Below are positions 8,136 through 12,896 of a stretch of DNA of 12,896 bases, piece by piece. A program made the translations under genes and the position numbers. The DNA is from Thermotogota bacterium (GTDB lineage: Bacteria > Bipolaricaulota > Bipolaricaulia > UBA7950 > UBA9294). Positions within the stretch are counted from its first letter, which is position 1; each line of letters begins with the position of its first letter. The DNA lies in NCBI GenBank assembly GCA_039679545.1, contig JBDKUT010000031.1, positions 1 through 12,896 of the forward strand, in the 5' to 3' direction. The notes under the pieces are model-generated. The model had not been told where the DNA came from and made no database searches. It saw nothing but the letters and a program-made list of their open reading frames with translations.

Positions 8136-9482
8136 TCAGGAACCGCCTTGTGGCGGGACGATCCACGACGAGCCCTTCGCACAGAGGCAGACAAGCGTCG
8201 CGCCCCCGAGGGCGTACGCCGTGAGGACGGGCGGGCACAGCCCGGCAAAGTGGATGGGAATCGCAAACCGCGGCGCCACGGCCTCCGCGATGAGTGAGGA
8301 ATCCCGTGGCTCTCCGAGCCAGCGGTTCGAGGCGAGGAGCACGTCGATGCCGAGCGACGACCAGCCGAACGCCGTGTTGAGGTCTGCCGACGGCCAATCC
8401 GCCGTCGCGTCGCCGAGGTGGAGGATTCTCACTCCTCCCACTTCCATGAGGTACGCCAAGTTCGGAAGGTTGCCGGGCCCCGTGTGCTCGAGGTGGAACG
8501 CGGTGACGTAGACGTCGTCGAAGGGCATCGCGGTCCGCGAGCCCGGAGAGAACGGGATACCGACGACGCGGTCGGCAACGTCGCCCCAGCCGTTCTCCCG
8601 GCGCAGCGCGCCCACGGTCTCGTCGAGCGCCACGAACCACGTCCGCGGTGAATGAAGAAGGAACTGCATGGTGTACCCTGCGTCAAAGTGATCGTAGTGG
8701 GGGTGCGTGACGAGGGCGAGCGATACGCCGTCGTACGGAGAGGCCGCCCGCAGAAGCCGTTCGCGCTCGCTCGCCGAGAGCGGAAGGGCATCCCGAACCA
8801 GCGCGTCAATGAGGATCCTGACCGCGCCGCACTCGATCAGAACCCCTTCGACGCCGAGGGAGGTGATGACGACCGGGACAGCCTCCGTGGCAACGCAACG
8901 AACGGCGCGAGTCGTGGAACGACCCGTGGAGTCCGTGAGCGAGAGAGAGACTGCATCCTCTCCGATCCACCCCTGCGGCGCCTCCACGGAGAGCGCGCCA
9001 TCGATGACCGTCGCCTTGACGGCGACGCCGCCGTGAGCTTCCCACGCCACGTCGTCCCCATCGGGATCCCAACCATAGAGACGCAGATCAAACGTCGGGA
9101 AAGGTCTCCCCGCCACCGTCACGCGATCGGGAATCCACTCGATGACCGGGTTGTCTGGCGTGTTCTCGACGCGAAACCGCACCGCGGCGGCCGCACACTC
9201 TCCGGCGGAATTGCAGACCGTGAGCACAACCGTCTCGGTCCCCTGCCAATCCTCGTTCGGCGGTCGCACCACAAGGTGGCGCTCCGGCGTCAGCGCAAGC
9301 CAAAGCGCCGTGGGTGCGGGGAGACTCCACACGAGGTCGTCGTCGTCCGTCATCGGGTCTTCGACCCAGTCGTCGAGTCGGATCACCGCAACGTACATCG
9401 CGCCTTCCTCCGCGGTGTACTCGGGGAACCGCGCCACTACGGGCGCCGTGGAGGCCAAGGCGCCAATCCACAACACCCCCAC
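8136..9482 (-). CDS. Exported protein with two Ig/cadherin-like repeats fused to a metallo-beta-lactamase-fold hydrolase
   Basis: HxHxDH motif LVTHPHYDHFD plus FHLEH, LHLGD, IPIHF; N-terminal repeats LDDWVEDPMTDDDDLVWS...WQGTETVVLTV and FDLRLYGWDPDGDDVAWE...WIGEDAVSLSLTD. First in-frame start after the flavodoxin stop is GTG 9482; true start may be ATG 9523 via a frameshift. Confidence 0.85.
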   Translation of the reverse strand: MGVLWIGALASTAPVVARFPEYTAEEGAMYVAVIRLDDWVEDPMTDDDDLVWSLPAPTALWLALTPERHLVVRPPNEDWQGTETVVLTVCNSAGECAAAAVRFRVENTPDNPVIEWIPDRVTVAGRPFPTFDLRLYGWDPDGDDVAWEAHGGVAVKATVIDGALSVEAPQGWIGEDAVSLSLTDSTGRSTTRAVRCVATEAVPVVITSLGVEGVLIECGAVRILIDALVRDALPLSASERERLLRAASPYDGVSLALVTHPHYDHFDAGYTMQFLLHSPRTWFVALDETVGALRRENGWGDVADRVVGIPFSPGSRTAMPFDDVYVTAFHLEHTGPGNLPNLAYLMEVGGVRILHLGDATADWPSADLNTAFGWSSLGIDVLLASNRWLGEPRDSSLIAEAVAPRFAIPIHFAGLCPPVLTAYALGGATLVCLCAKGSSWIVPPQGGS

Positions 9483-9535
9483 GAGCGCCGTGCGACAGGC
9501 CGAAGATCTCGGCTCCTTCTCATGGTTTCTCTTCG

Positions 9536-10027
9536 CTAGGCGCCCGCCGAGTCTACGATCTCGGCCACCCACGCCGCGACGCGGGTCTTCAAAGCAGCGG
9601 GGTCCTTGATCTCCTGCTGGCGCACCGCGAGCTCGCCCAGGACCTTCGCGGGAGCCACGAGCTCGCGCATCGAGGCGAAGATGCCTCCTTCGTTGGTCCC
9701 GCCCATCGTACAGAAGAGGGCAATCGGCTTCGAGCCCAGGTTCGCCGAAGCCAGGTAGCCGCGGAGCGCGGGAGCGAAGGTCCCCGCCCAAACGGGGGTG
9801 CCGATGAACACGACGTCGTAGTCACCGGATCGCTTGGTCGTCGGCTCGATTACGCTCGTCTTGCCCTTCATCGCGTCGCGGCCGGCGCAGAGCCACCCGA
9901 CAATCCCTTTCCGGTTCGTACCCGCTTCTCGGACCTCTTCGAGGTCTCCTCCACAGGCTGCCGCGATCACGTCGGCAGCTTTCCGCGTATTCCCAGTTCG
10001 CGTGTAGTACACGACCAATGCCTTCAT
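9536..10027 (-). CDS. Flavodoxin family protein, 163 aa
   Basis: ATG 10027 with GAGGTGG RBS; FMN-binding loop VVYYTRTGNT; YDVVFIGTPVWAG; ALFCTMGG. Confidence 0.93.
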   Translation of the reverse strand: MKALVVYYTRTGNTRKAADVIAAACGGDLEEVREAGTNRKGIVGWLCAGRDAMKGKTSVIEPTTKRSGDYDVVFIGTPVWAGTFAPALRGYLASANLGSKPIALFCTMGGTNEGGIFASMRELVAPAKVLGELAVRQQEIKDPAALKTRVAAWVAEIVDSAGA

Positions 10028-10143
10028 CCAAACCACCTCGTGACCGACAGCCTACGGGCCAGCTGCGCGCCCGGCAAGCTCCTCGCCGAGCGCCCTCCCT
10101 ACGCGTCCGCTCGGGGCCACCTCGGCCCACCCCAAATCAGGTC

Positions 10144-10173
10144 TTGCTTTCGCAGGTCAAGAACCTGTAGGAT
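10144..10173 (+). promoter_or_regulatory. Candidate sigma70-type promoter, divergent from flavodoxin
   Basis: TTGCTT (10144-10149) - 18 nt - TAGGAT (10168-10173); spacer contains palindrome CAGGT-CAAGA-ACCTG. Confidence 0.4.
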
Positions 10174-10275
10174 AGAGGCGCGACGGGTTCGCACGACGGC
10201 ACATCCGGGCCGAAGGAGGGGAACCGCGTCAGGCCCAGCGGACCTAGTAGAGAGAAAGGCCGTGGCCGACCCGAA

Positions 10276-10413
10276 GTGAGGCGTCTCTCCACCGAAGTTT
10301 GGCTGGTATCGGGGATGCGGGTGTCTGAGTCGTTCGCCGACGTTCTTCTTCCTTCTTCTTTTCCTCTCGCTCTCGTTGCCGGGTTCTTGATCGCCAGGGT
10401 CGTCGTGCTCTGA
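10276..10413 (+). CDS. Possible small membrane protein (45 aa from GTG 10276 or 32 aa from ATG 10315), or degraded/frameshifted small gene
   Basis: MRRLSTEVWLVSGMRVSESFADVLLPSSFPLALVAGFLIARVVVL*; hydrophobic C-terminal stretch; stop 8 nt from the convergent GNAT stop; below the ORF-track length cutoff. Confidence 0.3.
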   Translation: MRRLSTEVWLVSGMRVSESFADVLLPSSFPLALVAGFLIARVVVL

Positions 10414-10421
10414 GTAGATCC

Positions 10422-11543
10422 CTAAGAATCCGCCGTCGGAGGCGATGCGCCGTGTTCCGGCTCCAGGCGAACGAGCAGCTCGCACCAGGCGGGGTTCTCC
10501 CAGACTCGACCGCTCTGAAGCAGCTCAGGCCACAGCGCCTGCAGCTGTGCAATCTCGCGCAGCCATCCCATATCCATGGCCGCACGGATGTTCTTCCGGC
10601 ACTTCTCCCCGTCTCCGGCGCCCGCCCACGCCGTGGCCGCAACGACGTACGGGTAACCACTCTCGCGCGGCGGCCGTTCGGCGAACCGCCGCTCGTAGTC
10701 GAGGGCGAACGCCCGGTACTCGTCGGGCGACATGTCCTCGACGGTCTCCGCCGCCCAATGGTTGAACAGGATCTCGTACCGCCCTGTCGGCTCGAATCCC
10801 ACGTTCGCCGCCACGCCGAGCGATCCGGCGTTGTTGGCCCAGCAGTGCCACCCCACTTCGCGCAGGTTGCGAGAGAACGCCTGGCGGGCCGTCGCCGTCG
10901 CGACCGCTGTCCCGAGGCCCCGCAGACGGAAGTCGTCGTCTACCCAGACCCCAATCTCGCTGGCTCCGTCGGCGACGTAGTCGCACGTCGACCGGGCGAC
11001 GATCCGTCCGTCGATGACGGCGATTGAGCCGAAACCGAGCTTGTGAAAGAGCGATAGCGTCTTCCACTCGCAAAGGATCGTCTCGCGGAGGTCGTCGACT
11101 CCGACGAGGTCACTCTCCAACACCTCTCTATCGACGGGTCGAACCGCAATGCCGTCCCGCCGGCCCTCAACCTCAGGCGGCGGCGTCTCCAGGCGGCCGT
11201 GCCAGCGCACGGCTCGCCGCATGTAGAGGCCGTCGGCGACGGCGTCGAGCGCCGGCGTCGGCAAGTCGGGAGGAAAGAAGACGGCCGTATACCGGTCGCG
11301 AGGCAAGAGGGAGTTGATCGCTCCGAGGAGCGCAACCGTGGGAGAGCTTCCTCCGACGTAGCAGCCCTCCCCCGCCACGAGGACGGCCGCCGTCGGCCGC
11401 TCGATCCGGTCGACGAAGACCCTACCGGAGGAGTGCCCGGCCAGCACGGACTCCAGGTGCAGCTGCCGCGGCCGAAGCGCAGAGAAGAGGGGCAGCAGAT
11501 CGCAGTTGGGAGTTTCGAGTTCGTACGCGCGGTGTGCCTTCAC
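10422..11543 (-). CDS. GNAT-family acetyltransferase with C-terminal helical (TPR-like) extension, ~373 aa
   Basis: GTG 11543 with AGGAGG RBS; acetyl-CoA motif A EIGVWVDDDFRLRGLGTAVA; motif B WHCWANNAGSLGVAANVGF; N-terminal SVLAGHSSGRVFVD. Confidence 0.92.
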   Translation of the reverse strand: MKAHRAYELETPNCDLLPLFSALRPRQLHLESVLAGHSSGRVFVDRIERPTAAVLVAGEGCYVGGSSPTVALLGAINSLLPRDRYTAVFFPPDLPTPALDAVADGLYMRRAVRWHGRLETPPPEVEGRRDGIAVRPVDREVLESDLVGVDDLRETILCEWKTLSLFHKLGFGSIAVIDGRIVARSTCDYVADGASEIGVWVDDDFRLRGLGTAVATATARQAFSRNLREVGWHCWANNAGSLGVAANVGFEPTGRYEILFNHWAAETVEDMSPDEYRAFALDYERRFAERPPRESGYPYVVAATAWAGAGDGEKCRKNIRAAMDMGWLREIAQLQALWPELLQSGRVWENPAWCELLVRLEPEHGASPPTADS

Positions 11544-11710
11544 GGTGAGACCTCCTGGTTGTCGTTCCCGATCCCGCCGCCGAAGCGGTCCGCACGATTT
11601 CTGGAATCCAGAGGGAAAGAGAAGACGCCCGCATCGCGGTGGCTCGTTCTCGAACACTTGGCGTCCAAAGTTGGTATCTCGCACGGACCTAACAGAGAAG
11701 CCGACGGCCG

Positions 11711-11806
11711 TCACCGCGCCCGGCCGGAGAGGCGCCACAAGGCGCACACGCCTGCTACAGCGTTCCGTCCGGGGGTAACGCCGCCGATGGCCAGAAGCCT
11801 GGGCAT
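11711..11806 (-). CDS. Putative 31-aa leader peptide (uORF) upstream of the GNAT gene
   Basis: GAAAGGGGGG RBS then ATG 11806: MPRLLAIGGVTPGRNAVAGVCALWRLSGRAR*; lies between a candidate promoter and a structured leader. Confidence 0.5.
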   Translation of the reverse strand: MPRLLAIGGVTPGRNAVAGVCALWRLSGRAR

Positions 11807-11848
11807 TCGGCCCCCCTTTCGCGTGAGCCGCCCGTAGAGCGGCTCCGT

Positions 11849-11878
11849 ACCGTACGGCGTGGCGGTCCCGTCCGTCAA
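11849..11878 (-). promoter_or_regulatory. Candidate sigma70-type promoter for the uORF-GNAT transcript
   Basis: Minus strand TTGACG (11878-11873) - 18 nt - TACGGT (11854-11849), immediately downstream of the upstream gene's terminator. Confidence 0.5.
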
Positions 11879-11890
11879 GGCCCGCCCACC

Positions 11891-11921
11891 AAAAGGACGG
11901 GCCGGCTTGCGCCGGCCCGTC
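11891..11921 (-). terminator. Intrinsic terminator of the zinc-ribbon gene
   Basis: Perfect 11-bp stem GACGGGCCGGC-GCAA-GCCGGCCCGTC followed by CTTTT on the minus strand. Confidence 0.88.
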
Positions 11922-11946
11922 AAAAAGCTCCTTGTGATCTCCTGGG

Positions 11947-12207
11947 CTAGTACCGTCGTCCGCCCGAATCTCCGCGGGAATAGCCCCCTCGGCCGCTGCC
12001 ACCGCCCGGCCGACCGCCTCGGTTCCCGCCGCCGCCGCCACCACCACCATCGCGTCGCGGCGGGCGACGCTTCCGGTTGCAGTCGCCGCAGTAGACAGGA
12101 CGGTCGGACGCCGGCTCAAAGGGAAGCTCGTCGATCGCCTTTCCGCAGTCCGCGCACTTGAGGTCGAGATGCCGCACGTCGACCATCCGTCTCTCTCCAA
12201 ACCCCAT
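11947..12207 (-). CDS. CxxC-x17-CxxC-type zinc-ribbon protein with Gly/Arg (RGG) tail, 86 aa
   Basis: AAAAGGAG RBS before ATG 12207; CADC-x18-CGDC with family-typical PFEP..DRPVYC; tail GGGGGGGGNRGGRPGGGSGRGGYSRGDSGGRRY. Confidence 0.92.
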   Translation of the reverse strand: MGFGERRMVDVRHLDLKCADCGKAIDELPFEPASDRPVYCGDCNRKRRPPRRDGGGGGGGGNRGGRPGGGSGRGGYSRGDSGGRRY

Positions 12208-12403
12208 TCGATCTCCTTTTGTAGCCTCAGGCCGCTAGCACCGACTGCCGGCGGCGGAGCCTACGGACACACAGTACCTCAATCGTGCGGAAAAGGAAAG
12301 CTCCCACGCCTCTTCCGCCCCAGGCCTCGCCACGTGACCCGCCGCCCACTGACCCACTTGTCTCCGGCGTACTTACTCCAGAGCACGGGGCGAGTCGCAG
12401 CGC

Positions 12404-12896
12404 TCACGGCCGCGCTTGCCCCCATGCATTGCAGAAGACGTAGCTGCCGACCTCGCCGATGGACGGGGCGAAGCTCGGCGCACCTGACTTCGGATACCCG
12501 AGCGCCAGGTAGCATGCAACCTCATACTCGCTTGGAATTTCCAGCGCGCCGCGAATGTGCTGCGTCTCCGCGGGCGCGGACGGGATCTTCGTCACGCCGA
12601 AGATCCCCTCAGCCGACGCGGCGACGAGGATATTCTCCAAGCACGACCACACTTCCGCGAACGCGTTCAGCTCATGAAGACTCGCCTTGGCGTCAAGCAG
12701 CGGCTCCGGCTGATGGAAGCACACAATCACCAGGGCGCCCGCTGAGAGGATCATGGAGGCTTGTTTCGGAAGGGAATCAAGGAACATCGCGCGCTGCTCC
12801 GGGACCTCCAACTCCCAGGAGTCGACGACCGCCGCAGTCTCCTCGCGCGTTCGTTCCCGCCAGAACCCCGCGGACCAACTCCGCTCGCACCGCGGC
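12404..12896 (-). CDS. Nitroreductase family protein (5' end outside the window)
   Basis: C-terminal nitroreductase pattern WSCLENILVAASAEGIFG...LEIPSEYEVACYLALGYP; frame stays open to the right edge. Confidence 0.88.
   Translation of the reverse strand, partial: PRCERSWSAGFWRERTREETAAVVDSWELEVPEQRAMFLDSLPKQASMILSAGALVIVCFHQPEPLLDAKASLHELNAFAEVWSCLENILVAASAEGIFGVTKIPSAPAETQHIRGALEIPSEYEVACYLALGYPKSGAPSFAPSIGEVGSYVFCNAWGQARP

Noticed and set aside
9524..9791. Upstream extension of the 551-aa ORF / flavodoxin-MBL fusion
   Set aside because: Overlaps the complete flavodoxin in another frame and is low-complexity Arg/Gly-rich; flavodoxin ends normally at its own TAG.
10277..10279. Selenocysteine read-through of the TGA after MADPK
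   Set aside because: No redox motif context and no recognisable SECIS hairpin; cannot be supported.
10168..10310. Lysine riboswitch, SRP RNA or 6S RNA identity
   Set aside because: GAUAGAGGCGCG, GCCGAAG and GAAAGG echo lysine-riboswitch motifs but in the wrong order, without the 3' P1 strand or a downstream lysine gene; the SRP GGAA-loop/AGCAG motif is missing after UCAGG; too short for typical 6S.
11544..12200. N-terminal extension of the 592-aa GNAT ORF
   Set aside because: Runs through the zinc-ribbon gene in another frame, a terminator and a promoter; AGGAGG supports GTG 11543.

Overview
GC-rich bacterial chromosomal segment; the gene repertoire (DUF4384 protein, PKD lipoprotein, CxxC zinc-ribbon protein) is compatible with an uncultured anaerobe such as Ca. 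Bipolaricaulota, but that is an unverified impression. Left to right: recQ (minus, runs off the left edge); a secreted Cys-containing protein with FG-GAP/VCBS-like loops (+); a PKD + six-blade YWTD beta-propeller lipoprotein (-) divergent from a DUF4384-like protein with a Cys/Pro/Tyr repeat tail (+); an MMPL/RND transporter (+); then on the minus strand an Ig-like-repeat + metallo-beta-lactamase-fold fusion, a flavodoxin, a GNAT acetyltransferase, a zinc-ribbon/RGG protein and a partial nitroreductase. No rRNA, tRNA, CRISPR array or transposase was recognised. The most notable non-coding signals are (i) a 121-bp mirror-symmetric element with two identical 29-bp palindromic repeats between the divergent surface-protein genes, (ii) a ~300-nt leader with a 31-aa uORF and competing helices upstream of the GNAT gene (attenuator-like), and (iii) a possible unannotated plus-strand transcript at ~10140-10420. 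Two or three apparent single-base frameshifts may be assembly errors.
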